Source: Camelus ferus
Lineage: Eukaryota
Assembly: GCF_009834535.1 (NCBI RefSeq)
Contig: NC_045706.1
Coordinates: forward strand, 24,118,001 to 24,182,000
Length of the DNA stretch: 64,000 nucleotides
Reading direction: 5' to 3'
The position numbers were made by a program, and so were the translations under genes. Numbering within the stretch: the stretch's first letter is position 1; each line of letters opens with the position of its first letter. Of the stretch, positions 1 through 12,792 are shown in pieces. The notes under the pieces are model-generated. The model ran no database searches, was not told the origin of the DNA, and saw nothing but the letters and a program-made list of their open reading frames with translations.

Positions 1-74
1 CCGGCAGAGAGAGAGCGGGCAAGAATGAAGGGGTGGGATAGAGGTGTGGGGGCAAGGGAGGGCAGGGCATATAC

Positions 75-3000
75 CTGGCAATGAAGAGGCAGAGCAGGCC
101 GGGGTGGTCGGGGCCAGCCAACAGCATGAGCAGGCTCAGGCCCAGCTTGAGCAGGAAGAGCCCCCGTACCACAGCATAGACACCCCAGCGCCGGCACAGG
201 GGCAGGAAGTAGAGGTTGTTGAGATGGGGAGCGACATAGGAGATGCCTGGGGAAAAGGGGTGTGGCTTTGTCAGGGGGCATTGCCGCAGCCTCCACAATT
301 GCCCACATTTTAACAATCAGAATCAGAGTTTGCACAAGGTGCCAGGCTCTATGCAAAGAGTTTCACATCTTTTTATTTAGTCCTCACAACCCTTTAAGGT
401 AAGTACTATCATTATTATTCCTAGTCTCCAGATGAGAAATGGAGGCCCAAAGAGATTAAATAAAACACACTCAAGGCCACACACTGTTTAAGCAGTCAAG
501 ACATATCCAGGCCTGTCAGGACTATAGCCCTCTCTGTGAACCAGCCACTGCGCCGCTTCACCTCTGGGTGGCGCCAACAGCAAGAAGACCACCGTGAGGA
601 CAGCCCTACCCCCTCATACGCAGAGGGCTCTGGTCCCTTCCCCTGGAAAACAGAGCTGGGGGCTTGAGGTGCAACCCCAGTGCAGATTCTGCTCTCTGTC
701 ACCTGGGCCCCAGCTGGGGAGGTGACAGTGGCTGCAGCCAAGCTAGGGTTTCTGGGGGGAAAGCCTCTGTCCTTCCCGCCTGCCTGAGCACCCACTTACC
801 CAACAGGAAGGAGCCCGTGGAGAGGGAGATGTGGTCTGACAACAGATGCTCCAGGAAGAGGGGGAAGAAGTTGCTGTTGAAGTGGCAGTGAAAGACCTGC
901 AACCAACACGGGCAGCAAGGAGGCTGGGGGGTGGGGGCGGAGGGGAGCGGGGAACTGGGCAAAAGCCATCGGGGAGTCAGCAGGAGCAAGAGCAGCCTTT
1001 ATCGCCATGTCCCTCAACATGGAACTTGCAAGAACAAAACCTAAAACCAATTTCCTACTCTTATCTCTAATTTTGGTAAAAGTTAGAAGGAATGATAAAA
1101 TTGTCATTAGAACAATTAAAAGGTTTTTCTTTTGTAAAACTTACCAATTATAAAACAATTAATGACATCTATTTCTAAATTTGGCTGACCTACATACTAC
1201 ATTTGTTTTAGGTATAGCATGTGGTGTTTTAAAAAGATCATCACAGAGTTCCCAAAGAGGCATCTCTTTTTCATATCCTCACTTTGCAGGTGAGAACACG
1301 GCTGCCCCAAGAGACTGAGACCGGCCTAAGATCACATAGGGAGTTAAGAGCTCAGATGGTGCTCAAATCCGGGTCTCTAACTACCTAACTTGTATTCCTG
1401 TCATTGAACCACCCAGCAGTCCTCACATGAGGCCAGAACTGATTTCCCAGCTTCTGAAGAGCCCATGCCCTTGAAGGACGCACTCCCTAGCCATCCAGGG
1501 TCGGGGCACTGCTCCCATACCTGCACCAGGTCCATGCCCACGAACCACAGTAAGTTCCGGTGCCGTGCGAGCTGCCTGAGGTACTGGCCCAAGGTGATGC
1601 TGCCCACCTCCTTGCTGCCCACAAGCAGCTCTTCTTCACACAGGCTACAGGGCAGAGGGGAGTTAGGAATGGCCTAGGGCTGGGCAGAGCCATCCCCCAC
1701 CCCAGGGCAGACACCCATCAGCGAGGGGACCCCGCGTTGCAGTCACACCCAGCAGAGTGCTGGCTAGAACCTGGAGAGCTGGGGATGGCCACTTACCTGC
1801 CGTCCACAGCCAGGGCTGGGCACCCTGGCTCCCTGCCAGCCACCTCAACCCGCTGCTTCAGCAGCCGTGTGGCCCCCACAAAGCCCAGGCCAGAGCCAGC
1901 GGCCAGTGCCACGCAGAAGGCGCGGAAGGAAGAGAAGTCTTCCTTGTTCCAGAAGGCGTAGGAGGCAAAGACAGACAGGGAGCCAGCCGCACTGAAGAGG
2001 GAGCAGTAGAAGTTGAGGTGGGTGCGGTCGTGGGCTGAGAGGGCCAGGTCAGCCAGCAAGGCGTGATGGTGCAGGTCCACGAGTGTCAGGAAGCCATCAT
2101 AGAGGCACAGGCACAGCAAGAACTGCAGGCCAGCTGGGGCCCAGGGCACCCAGAACGCCAGGAATGACAGTGCCAGCAGCGGCCCGTGCCAGCCCAGTGC
2201 CCGCACCCGTGCCAGCACCACAGCCCTCGAGGACAGCCCAGTGCCTGACCTGCCAGGGAGAGGAGGGGCTGTTGGGAGATGCCCTTGCAGCCTTGGCAGG
2301 CCCCAGCTCCCCCTGCCCAGGGCCCAGAGGAAGGATGGAAGTCTAGAGTGTGGTACTCACACCAGGGTGGTCCCAGAGCCCCAAGTCCTCAGCCTCTGAT
2401 TTAGGAAGCACAACTCATCAGTGGGGATACCCTCCCCTCTGCTCTTTTAGCCTGCCAGGGCTGATGGGTGACAGGATACCCATTTCTCAAGCCTGAGGGC
2501 AGTGATGGGCCCAAGCGGGGATGGGGTAAAGGAATCTGCCAGAAGCAGCAGAGAGTGTTTGCAGTACAGCACCCAGTCCCGAGGGCCTAACAAGCCAAGC
2601 TGGGGTAAATTTCTCCCCCAGGGGAGCAAGGCAGCAGCTTCAGAAGTCCACTTCTCCAACCTGGATGGAGCCTGCCTGACCTCGGGGAAGAAGAACGCCC
2701 AGACAATAGCTGAAAATAGTCCCACTTTCTTTCCCCTTTCTTTTCCCACCCCAAACACAGGCAGCCTGGGGAGGGGTGGGGTGGGACAGGACCAGCTGTG
2801 AGCACCCCCAGGAAACAAACCGGGGCTGGGAGCTGAGGAACTGACGGTCACTCAGCCAGCCGAAGAGGGGGTCGTTGAGGCTGTTCCAGAGGAGAAACAC
2901 TGTCTGTGGGAAGAAGGGAGATGGGCAGGTGGGCTCGAGACAACCTCCTCTCCACGGCTTTCCCCACCCCAGCCTGCCTGCCACCCCTCAAAGATGACCC

Positions 3001-3534
3001 CAGCTTTCTTGCCTGCAAATCTTTGCTCAGGTCAGTCCCTCTGCTAAAACCCACTCTACCAGCCACTGCTCCCAACAACTCCCACCCATCCAGGGCCCAG
3101 CTGGTCAACGAATCCAGCTAATAAATATATGTCACTATATTACATTATAAATGTACACACATAGAACAGTGCCTGGCTCACAGGACAGCGGCCAGGAGAG
3201 CTGGTGTAATCTCCACTAAGGGGGAGTCCTCAAGGCTTCCAGCTCCAGCTTTTCTTGCCAAGTCTTGGTAGCTAACCTGGCCTGCCCCATGCTCCTGACT
3301 GGGCAGGACCCAGCCCTGCCACCTGCCCAGCTCTCATCCAGGCTGGCCACCCCAGCGCTGGCCTACCTCTCCGACCCAGAAGGCAGCTTTGTTGATCTTG
3401 TACACTGAGACAAAGGTCTCCACGTAGTAAAGCAGGAACACGTTGTGCAGGACAGAGATGAAGAGGGCCAGGGAGCCATAGACCACGGCCGTGGGCAGGC
3501 CCAGCAGCCAGGCCCTGGGCCCGCCCAGCCCCAT
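75..3534 (-). CDS. MFSD13A: Major facilitator superfamily domain-containing 13A (TMEM180), 5' coding exons; gene continues beyond the left edge
   Basis: Coding exons 3534-3367, 2903-2821, 2249-1797, 1644-1521, 896-800 and 246-75, all GT-AG with consistent phases (0,2,2,0,1,2). Translation [25 protein letters not shown]...[22 protein letters not shown]...[22 protein letters not shown]...[20 protein letters not shown] matches recalled human MFSD13A. Start codon is in gccgccATGG. Confidence 0.95.
310..500. mobile_element. MIR SINE (example of many; others near 1280, 3940, 6600, 7110, 7860, 11040, 16420, 20050, 24020, 29000, 53870)
   Basis: MIR core motifs such as cctcacaaccct...cagatgagaaatggaggccca and agcctcagtttcttcatctgtaaaa. 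Confidence 0.65.
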
Positions 3535-4725
3535 GGCGGCAGGCCCAGCCTCAGCCTCAGGAGCATGGAGGCGCATTCATGGCCATGGGCAGTCTGGTCA
3601 TCTTTGTCCCTGGGGAAGGAGGAGTCAGTTAGCTACAGGGATCAGAGCCAGCTCTGCTCCTAACCCCAGACCTCTGAGCCATTTAAAAACTCATTTCCAC
3701 CAGGGGAAAGTTTGTACATAAAACAAAACTGGGGAATTGCCAATGACGTCCAGCTAAAACAATGCTGGCCTAGATACCATTACTGCAGAGTAACCCAAGG
3801 AAACTGATAAAGGCGTGGGAAGAGAAGGCAGACATCCAACAAGCGCTGAGCCAGGTCGTGTGCTCGGGTGGTGTGCTCGGTATCTTCTTTCATCCATACT
3901 CTCCTACCTTAACAGTCTGGACATGACAAGCCTGGGCTTGAGGACATATTGTACCTACTATAGAACCTCGGGCAAGCTATTTAACCCAAGCCTCAGTTTT
4001 CTCTTCTGTAAAAAGTTTAAGTGGATAGTCATAGCTATTTAGAGGACTGTAAAGATTAAATGAGGTAACTCATGGAAAGTGCTCAATAAATGGATATTGG
4101 TTGTAACATTATCATCTTTAGAAAATCCCTACAAAGTTTGTAACACTATTGCGATATTATAAGAGAGCACCCCCTCAAGCTCAGAGATGTAAGTAATTTT
4201 CCCAATGTCACCCAGCAAAAAAGTAGCAGATTTGAACCCCGGCCTGTCTAGCTCCAAACCCTTTTCTGCCACTTGACCTCCCAAATTGGGTTCCTATGGG
4301 TTGCTGGGGAGAATGGAGAAACCTGCTGTGATGTCAGGTTCCACAGGGATACAAGAGTGATAAGATTTGAGTCCACAACTGCTCATGCACTTTGGTTCTG
4401 GAAATTCCACCTCGAGGGACTAACCCCAAGGGAACATGTACAGAGATGTTCATGGCAGCAACATTTACCAACAGCCAAAAGTTGGACACAGCCCAGGAAC
4501 ACAACAAAGCGACTGGCTTGGCAAGCCCAATGCTCTCCATAAAGGCCAACTACATGGGCCACCTCAACACAAGGAAGAGAAGCTCAAGAACATGTTAACA
4601 CAAAAAGAGAGAACAAATTGCAGCTTGAGTGCCTGGCTCCCAACCAAGCCAACTCACGCACAGAGACCAGCAGGCTAGACTGAGCATGGGTTGGAAAGGA
4701 AATAAAAGTCAGATTTTCATTAAAG

Positions 4726-4892
4726 CAGTGCATCGTCTCCAACTGTAATGTACTTTCAAGTCACCTGGGGACTTTGTTAAAATGTAGATTTTGACTCCAT
4801 GGGTATGGGGAGGAATCTGAGATTCTGCATTTCTAACAGGAACCCAGGTGGCACCAATGCTGCTGGTCTGTGACCACACTTTAAGCAGTGAG
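4726..4892. mobile_element. MER5-like hAT-Charlie DNA transposon fossil
   Basis: Typical MER5 text: tcacctggggactttgttaaaatgtagatt...gattctgcatttctaacagg...ccacacttt. Family assigned from memory. Confidence 0.7.
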
Positions 4893-5019
4893 GTATGAAG
4901 TCTGTCCCTTTTTTTAGATTCAAAGTAGTTGTTCTCCTTTCAGAAAAAAAATCCCATGTGTGCTTGTCTGACCACCCCCCAAGAGGGAAGCTATGGGGGC
5001 TTCTTTCTCTCAAACTCCC

Positions 5020-5478
5020 TGTTGTGAGTCAAATCATGTCCCCCAAAAAGGTGTTTCCAACCTAACCCCCAGTGCCCGTGAGTGCGACCTTATTTGGAAA
5101 TAGGATCTTTGCAGATGTAACCAAGTTAAGAAGAGATCATACTGAATTAGGGTGGTCCCTAATCCAAAGACTGGTATCCTTATTAGGAGAGGGAAATTTG
5201 CACACAGACATGGACACATACACAGAGGGAAGACAGCAATGTGAAGGTGAAGGCAAAACTTTGAGCGATACAGCTACAAAGCCAAAGAATGCTAAGGATT
5301 GCAAGCAACTTCCAGCAGCTAGGCAGAGGCAGGAGGCACTCTTTCCTAGAGCCTCTCTCCAGAGGACGTGTGACCCCGCCAACACTTTGATGTTGGGCTT
5401 CTACCCTCCAGAAACTGGGTGGTTGTTTTAAGCCACCCAGTTTCTGGCAATCTGTACGACAGCCCTTAAATTTATACA
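5020..5478 (+). mobile_element. MaLR solo LTR (MLT1B/C-like)
   Basis: Starts TGT and ends ACA; contains gaccttatttggaaataggatctttgcagatgtaa and ttgttttaagccacccagttt. Confidence 0.8.
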
Positions 5479-6389
5479 CCTCCTCAGGGGCTGTTTCTCC
5501 TTGAGTGCCTGTGACCCAAGCCTGCCCACAGGCCTCATTTACATGTCCACAAGCTTGCGCGCACACACATGCAGAACAGAAACTTCTGTTTCCCATCAGA
5601 ATCAGGCCCTGGAGGACTGACTTCAGCCCCAGTTCAGCAGGAGTGACCCCTGGCCCCGTTCTTGCCCCATGGCTCCCTGCCCCTGCCCAGCCTCCAAGGG
5701 CCTCTGCAGTCTGGCCTCTCCTGGCTGGTCCAGCCCAGCTTCCAGAAGATCTTCAAGCCACCCTCTCCTCTGTCCAGGCCTTTTCCGTGATGGTGCCTCC
5801 TACCAGCAGTACCCTTCCAGTCTCTTCGTCTCCATCTCATCCATCCTTCAGGAGCCAGCACCATGTCCTGGAGAACTTCTCCAAAGCCCCGGCCCTCACT
5901 GATGTCTCATGCCCCTGCACAGCAGACTCTCCTGCCTGCCCACACTCCAGCCTGACTGTGGGGTTCTCCAGGGCAGGGCCTGTGTCTTCACCCTCTATCT
6001 CCCTCTCAGGGAGAATGGGCTGGACTCAGCCACTCTTGCTATGGGAGTGCCGACTGGTAAAGAAAGAGGCCCTGAAGGGAGAGTAAGGAGAGAATCTCAG
6101 TGGGGTCTCTCTCAGGCTCACTGGAAGCTGAGTGGCAACTCACTCAAGAGATCCGTATGTAGCCCTCACTCCCTTCGCCAACCTTGTGCCAGTCTATGCC
6201 TAGTGGTGGAGGAAAGACAGAAGGAGAATCAGCCAAAACTATCTGAAAGCAACCATTAAGTGTGTGAGATTCCTGGGGCAAGGTGATCCCACTTTGTCCC
6301 AAAGTGGTAGGACGGCCAGGTGGCCACTCCCTGGGACCTTTGAGACCCTAAAGAAACATTTGGTGGGAAATGTTCATTTTTTTTCCCTA

Positions 6390-6545
6390 CAGATTTACTG
6401 AGGTATAACTGACATACAATAATTCGCACATGTTCAAAGTGTACCATCTGATCAGTTTTTGTAATACGTACGCACCTGTGAAACCATCACCGCAATTGAG
6501 ATCAGGAACATAGCCATCACCCTGAAAGTTTCCTCAGCACTCTCC
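6390..6545 (-). mobile_element. Old L1 3' end fragment
   Basis: tttactgaggtataactgacatacaataa...tgtgaaaccatcacc...aacatagccatcaccc is the reverse complement of an L1M 3' terminus. Confidence 0.7.
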
Positions 6546-9500
6546 AAGTAATATAGTGGAAAGAAGACACAACTGGAGGTCTCCAAAGTCCCAATTCTAC
6601 CATTTCCTACCCATGTGAACTGGAACAATTTGCTTAACCTCTCCATGCCTGTTTCCTGATCTGCAAGATGGGGCCAACTTTCCTAAAGCTACTGTTAGCA
6701 GTCCATGAGAAAATACTCTAATGCACTTAGCACAGTAAGTGCAATGAGCCACCCAGAACTTCCATACCCACCACACAAAGCTGGGGTGGAGATTAATCTA
6801 AAGGCACTTCGGGGCTATAAAGCACAATGTATACCTCTGCTGCTGTCTTTAACCCAGGTCACGTTCTCTGATTTCCCAGGGCCTTTCAGAACTCCCCTCC
6901 ATCATCTCAAAGTCTTTGTCCAAAGGAAGTGAAGCCTCTCGGGCCCCTACCCAGGTGTCCAATGACCTGCCCCGGTTACTAGAGAAGGCAGACCCTGCAG
7001 GCAAGGCCCACAGCTTCCAGCAGTTATCTCCCTGCACCCACACTGGGGCAACAGTAGAAGAAAACCTCAAAGAGTGGTGAGATGGAAAGGGTATGACTTT
7101 CGCCATCAGAATGGCCTGGATTTAAATCCCAACTGCACTTCCTATTAAGTGTGACTTCAGGCAAGGTCTGAGCCTTGGTTTCTTCACCTGTAAAATGGGA
7201 GTAATCCTGCCTCTCTTTATAGGAATACAGAGAGGATTGAATTAATGTCTAGGAAGCCCAGAGCACCATGCTTGTCACATGGAAGATACTCAGAAACGCT
7301 TTTCTGTGGGCTCACTTATAATAGATAAGGGTAGAAGCAGGGGATTATCTGGTAATCAGGCCCCTTCCCATGGTAAGGAAGTTCAAGAGAAAAGACAAGG
7401 CACAAGAGGGAACAACAGAAGAGGAGGCCCTGCAAGGAGCAGGAACACAGATGATGTTCAGGAGTGCCAGAGACAACCCCCCACCCCCACCCAGGGACCA
7501 GATCTGGAGGCAAAGCAACCTGTCCCATTAAGCCTCTGCCTGGGAGAGGAAGCTGGGGGAGGAGAATGCAGGGTCACTCCAAGGTTTCTGTTCCAGATTT
7601 TGCTCCTCCATCAGGAACCGCCTTCCTCTACTAGCCCTCCCCACCCCCAACCCACCCCAACACCCTACAGAGAACAACAGCCCAGCCTCTTGGGGGAAGG
7701 AACAGCTTGGGGCCCACACCAGCCTAGCTGCATAACCTGGCTGAGATATCCTGTTACCTGCAACCAACTCCACCCCAGTCTTGGCACCTAGCAGGAGAGC
7801 TGCTGGAGGCCCCACCGCCCACCCCCCACCCCCCACCCCCACTCAGGCTGCTGTGGTCCCAGTTGTGTGGCCTTGGGCCAGCCACTCCCTCTCCCTGCAC
7901 ATCAGTCTCCTTATCTATAAAGTGGGGATGACAATGTCAACCACTTCAGATTACTGTGGGGCTGAAATGCAAAAGGTATATAAAGCACCAAGCAGAGTGC
8001 CTGGCACTTAGAAGACCATCAATAAACAGCAGCTATTCTTCTTTTTCACGTCTCTGAAGTTTGGCTTCATAGTCTTTGAAGGGTTTCAGTCAGTGTCCCC
8101 TTCTGCCAAATCCATGACTGAAGCTGTCTTTTCAGCACCCAACATTGATGCTTCTCACTGCCTGGTATATCCTGCCACCTTTCAAATTCCAGACGCCACC
8201 TCCAACCTTTGTTCATGCTGTTGCTTCCAGCTAAAATACCCTAGATGTAACTACACATCGTTTCTCAGGCATATAGGATATGCTTGGCTTTTACATCCAT
8301 TTTCATGAATCCTTACAACTCTTATTACTAGTTCCATCCTCATTCTATAAATGAATATCTCAAGGCCCCGAAGGTTAAATAACTAGCCCCAAATCACAGA
8401 GCTATTAGGCGCTGGAGCTAAGATTCAAAACAGGTGTTTCTGACTAAAAAAAACCCTCATCATTTCTCACATCACTATGCCCACCCCCTACGACAATCTT
8501 ATCAAATTCTGCTGATTCAAGACCCAGTTCAGCGGCACAAGCCTTCCCAAGTACAGTAAGTCAGGTTGTCTCTCCCATTTTCCGGTCCCTTGGCTCTGTA
8601 TCAGGATCCAAAAGCCTCCCTAACCCTCCTCTGGCCCCCAGGTTCCTTAAGGGCAGGGTCAGGACAGATGTGGGGTGAGGGTGGGTGAGGGTGGGTGAGG
8701 GTGGACTTCTACTCCCAGCCTCCTTCATCACACAGTAGGTACTCAATTAATACCTGCTGGGTTGATTTGCCCCTAAAAGGCCAATATGGGCATCCCCCTG
8801 CTGGAGAGAACAGCAGCAGCCCTAGGGGGAGGGTCACCCCAGATCTCAATGTGCCCCTCAGCTCTGCGTTCTGCTTGGCTGTGGGAGTCAGAAAGAGGCA
8901 ACCTGGGGAACCCTGATGTGAAACATGGCCAGCAAGGCAACAGGTGCACAAAGAGAAACAGTGATAAAACAGAAAGTAACATTTATTAAGCTTTCACCAG
9001 AGGTTAAGGAAAACTGATACAATACAGGAAGAGGGCTCAGAGCAGGGAGACACAAGACAACAGATCAGGAACCACTTTGGAAATCACACACAGGATTGAT
9101 TCTATCCTGAGGACAATGGGATCAGCGCACTGGGTGACAGAATTAGATCTGTTTGGAAGGAGTCCCCTGGCATCATGTAGAAACTCTCTCTTCTTCACCC
9201 CATCAGGCTTCTGGGAGATAAAGTAGAAAAGGATGGAAACAATACTATCTCCCTGATCTCTGAACCAACCTATGACAGGTGAGGGGCTGATGGATTTGGT
9301 GGAGGAAACCAAAAATGCCAGTCTGGGCCCCCAGAGGGAGGGGCATCAGAAGAAGGGTGGGTGTTTGCTTCTGATTCCCTTTAGAAGGACCAGATATTGT
9401 TTAAGCAGCAATTAGGGCGGAGGGGAAAATCTCCTAATAAGAATCATTGGGAGTTGGGAGCCCTGGGTCGTCTGAACCTTATCACTAACTACCTATCTGA

Positions 9501-9984
9501 GTTTATTCCCACTTCTACATGCAAAGTGGAGAAAATTCCATTCCTTGCCTGTCCCCTTGGATATCAAATGGATTTGAAAGGTTAAAAAAAAAAATACCCA
9601 ATGCAATTATGAGGTGTGTTCTTTTCTCAACAATCAGGTGACCTTTGAATTGTCTGCTGTGTTTCCTGTTTCACACCCTCTTTCTCTCCCTGCCCAGTCT
9701 TCCCACAGCAGGATCCAGCCCTGGCAGGGCTGTTGGGGAAGCCCACCTTCCATGCAGTGACTAATGAGCCCATCCTCCACCTCAGACTGGAAATGAACTT
9801 TCACCCTGTTGGAGGAGGGACCTTCTCCCTTTTCCTACCCCCCCCCCCCCCCCGCAGGTTAGTTACTACAACAGCATTGGAGGGTCAAAAACTTCACACA
9901 GGACCACCCAACCCCTCGCAAGCCACGGAGGAGTCTGGGATCAAACTAGGAGCGCTTTACTCAACAACTGGCGCTGAACCACGT

Positions 9985-10160
9985 GGTGGTTCCCCAGCCT
10001 GACTGCACAATAAAATCACCTGAGGAACTGCTCAAAATACCGAAGCCCAAGCCTCACCCCTGATCAATTAAATCGGAATTTCTAGGGATGGGGCCCAGCA
10101 TCGATCTTTTAAAGCTCCCCCAATTGGTTCTATTACGCCACCAGGGTTAAAAGCCATTAC
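9985..10160. mobile_element. MER5-like DNA transposon fossil
   Basis: gtggttccccagcctgactgcac...atcacctgaggaactgct...aatcggaatttctagggatggggccc. Confidence 0.6.
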
Positions 10161-10444
10161 GTTAATAAAAGGGATCCCGGCCTGATGTATCCTGCGACCC
10201 TAGACCCCAAGGAGCCCTTCTGCAAGGATTCCATCCTCACACCTTTAGCCCAAGCTTCTCCCACCCTGACCCAAGCACTCTCCCAACCCACAACCTGATC
10301 ACTTCAGGGACCCCCGCAGACAGCCCCCAGGACTCCCAGAGCGGACAGCATTCCTGTCCCCCTCAGATCTGTCCTTTGTTTCTGATTGGCCCCCAGTCCG
10401 GCCCGCTCCTGCCCCCGAGACCCGGCCACGGGCCAGCCCCTCAC

Positions 10445-10680
10445 CGCAATTGTGGCAGGCGAAGCCTAATCCCGCGGCTACCGGGAGCCAGGTGTCAACC
10501 AGTGCGCCTGCGCGCAGGCCGCTGGCGTCTTCCCCATACTCTCCCTCCGCCCCTGCCCAGCGATTGGCTCCGGGCGGCTCCCGGGACCGCCGCTTCGGCA
10601 GGTGCCTGCGCCCGAGGCTGACGCCGCCATGTTTGTTATGGGCGCTTGCCCTTGGAGACCAAAGGAAGAACAGGGACGTG
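10445..10680 (-). promoter_or_regulatory. MFSD13A: MFSD13A CpG-island promoter and probable non-coding exon 1
   Basis: CpG-rich 10350-10750. YY1-like AACATGGCGGC (minus, about 10623-10633), NRF1-like TGCGCCTGCGCG 10503-10514, CCAAT (minus) near 10563 and 10385. Donor CG|GTGAGG at 10445/10444. TSS is approximate. Confidence 0.65.
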
Positions 10681-12792
10681 AGCCAGAAAGGGGCAGGTTG
10701 CCTGGATTCCTGACCGGCTGACCGCCTCCCTCTCACCACTACGAAGGCTTAATATAATTTCCGTTCAAATCAACAAAGTTTTTCTGAGAGCACCCCATCC
10801 TCTCCTGGTCCTTCCTTTCAGAGAATGTAAAGATCTCAGCACCTTCCTTCAACCCTGTGGTCTGACTGGATGCACAGCTGAGACAGATAAAGAGATGGCA
10901 GTAGCACAACCTGGGACTCTCTGATGATGGATTGTGAGCGCCTCAAGAGTGGCCAGGCCCAGCTTGAGCTGTGGGCACCAGGACTCAAGCCTCAGGCACC
11001 AGGCCCTGAGAGAACAACTAAGCAGCCCAACCTTCTTGAATTAATAATAGTAATAATAAAATATAAGGAGTACTGAGCTCTCACTATGTGCTCTGCGCTG
11101 TGTTAAACACTCAACATGCATTATCTTGTTGAGTCCTCACATGTCATCCTTGGGAGGTAGGTGCTATTTTTCCCCTTTTTCAGATGAGGAAACTGAGGGT
11201 CAGGGAGTTTCAGTGATTTTCACACAGCAAGCAAGAGGCCCAGACAAGTTGGAACTCAGCTCTCCTGACTCTCAGGAGTCTTTCCTCTTCCTACCCCTGC
11301 CCAGGTCATCAAAGTCAAGTTTTGTTTTGCTCAGTCTAGTCCGATGAGGATATCCCCTTCTCCCAAAAAGTCTGTAAACCTGGTTAAGTTTCCAGGCAAT
11401 CAAACAGCACACACTTCAGACCTGCTGTTTCCCTATCCTAGGATATGGAGGCAGTGAGCATGGCCTTTGGCTTCTGGGGGATCTGGGACTCAGTTCCCCA
11501 GCTCCACCACTTCTTTGTAAGGGGACCTCTTTTTGTGGGCCTCTATTTTACTCCTTCAAGTGGATTTTGTGGGAATTCTGTGAGAAATAGGGGTGTAAGT
11601 TTTGTTGTCAACAAGAGTATTGTTCCTCCTTGAGAAACTGGCAAAGGGCCATATCCACAGCAAACGGTCCAGCACAAGAGCCTAGGTGTCCAGGGGCTAG
11701 AGTCTGTTCAGCCAGTTCCTGGGGAGCCCCAGGGGTCCCATGAACCTTGCCCCCAGCATCCATCTCCCACCAGTCTGTCTCATTTTTCTCCTCCCCTATC
11801 CTGCCCCTTCAGACCCTCTATCTACCACCTATGTCCCCCTTAACCACATACACATCATCGCTCTTTTAGATTTCAAGCAACTGCTGAAACCTCTTCTGCT
11901 CCAGAAAGCCCTCATGACTAGAAGGAAGATTACCATTTCTGCCCATCCCTACCCCTTACCCACATCTATGCTTTCCCGGCTGTGAGAATAGAGGGCAAGA
12001 AACCCAGCATTCAGCATGGAGTCTGGCACACTAGGACCTCCATAAATTGACTAAAGGAGTCCCCCAGCTGTTCCATCTCTGGCTACATGTGCCTTTGTTT
12101 CAAAGCAACCCTGAGTCTTTACTTACCCTGGGTATCCAATGGGGAAACAGGAGAATTGGGAGGGCTGCCAAGGGGCCAGAACTAGATGTGACCAATGGGA
12201 AAGACTTTGGCCCCTGTGTTGCGCTTAATGCCCATGGTTACACTGTGAGGTCCCTCAGCCCTCTGACTTTATAGACAATGTAACCACTTACCCTTTTGTG
12301 TCAGCACCAGGGCTGAGCCTTGTGATTATCTGATTTCCCTTCCCAGTTGTCAAGCACAGAGCTAACTGGGAGGGGACATGGGGTACAACTGAAGATCATA
12401 TCGCCTGCCTTCTTGAATCATATCAGAGTCCCTGGATCGTGGGAGAATTCTCTGCTCCCTTGGCTTCTGACCTCTCTGATCTAGGTCCCACCATGTTCTC
12501 CTCGTATCTAGTAACTCCTCCTCTGACCCCTTCACTGGGGCACTTTTTCCCAGGGCTTTCTTAGGCAGAGGGACAGTCCCCTAAAGTCCCCATTTTCAAT
12601 ACTCTTTTCACATATTCACTTAAATTTGTCAGGCCATAGGGACAAAGGGACAAAACTGTTAAGAGCATAGACCCCAAGAGTTCTCATCGCAAGGAAAAAA
12701 TTTTTTTCTTTTTTTGTATCTATCTGAGATGATGGATGTCAACTAAACTTATTGTGGTAATTTCACAATATTTGTAAGTCAAATCATCATGC

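Noticed and set aside
5505-6086. 193-aa and neighbouring plus-strand ORFs in the MFSD13A intron
   Set aside because: Low-complexity Pro/Ser composition, non-ATG start, adjacent to an LTR, no recognisable domain.
9820-9860. Long pyrimidine/C-run ending in CAG, resembling a plus-strand acceptor
   Set aside because: No partner donor, exon or transcript evidence; the host gene is on the minus strand.
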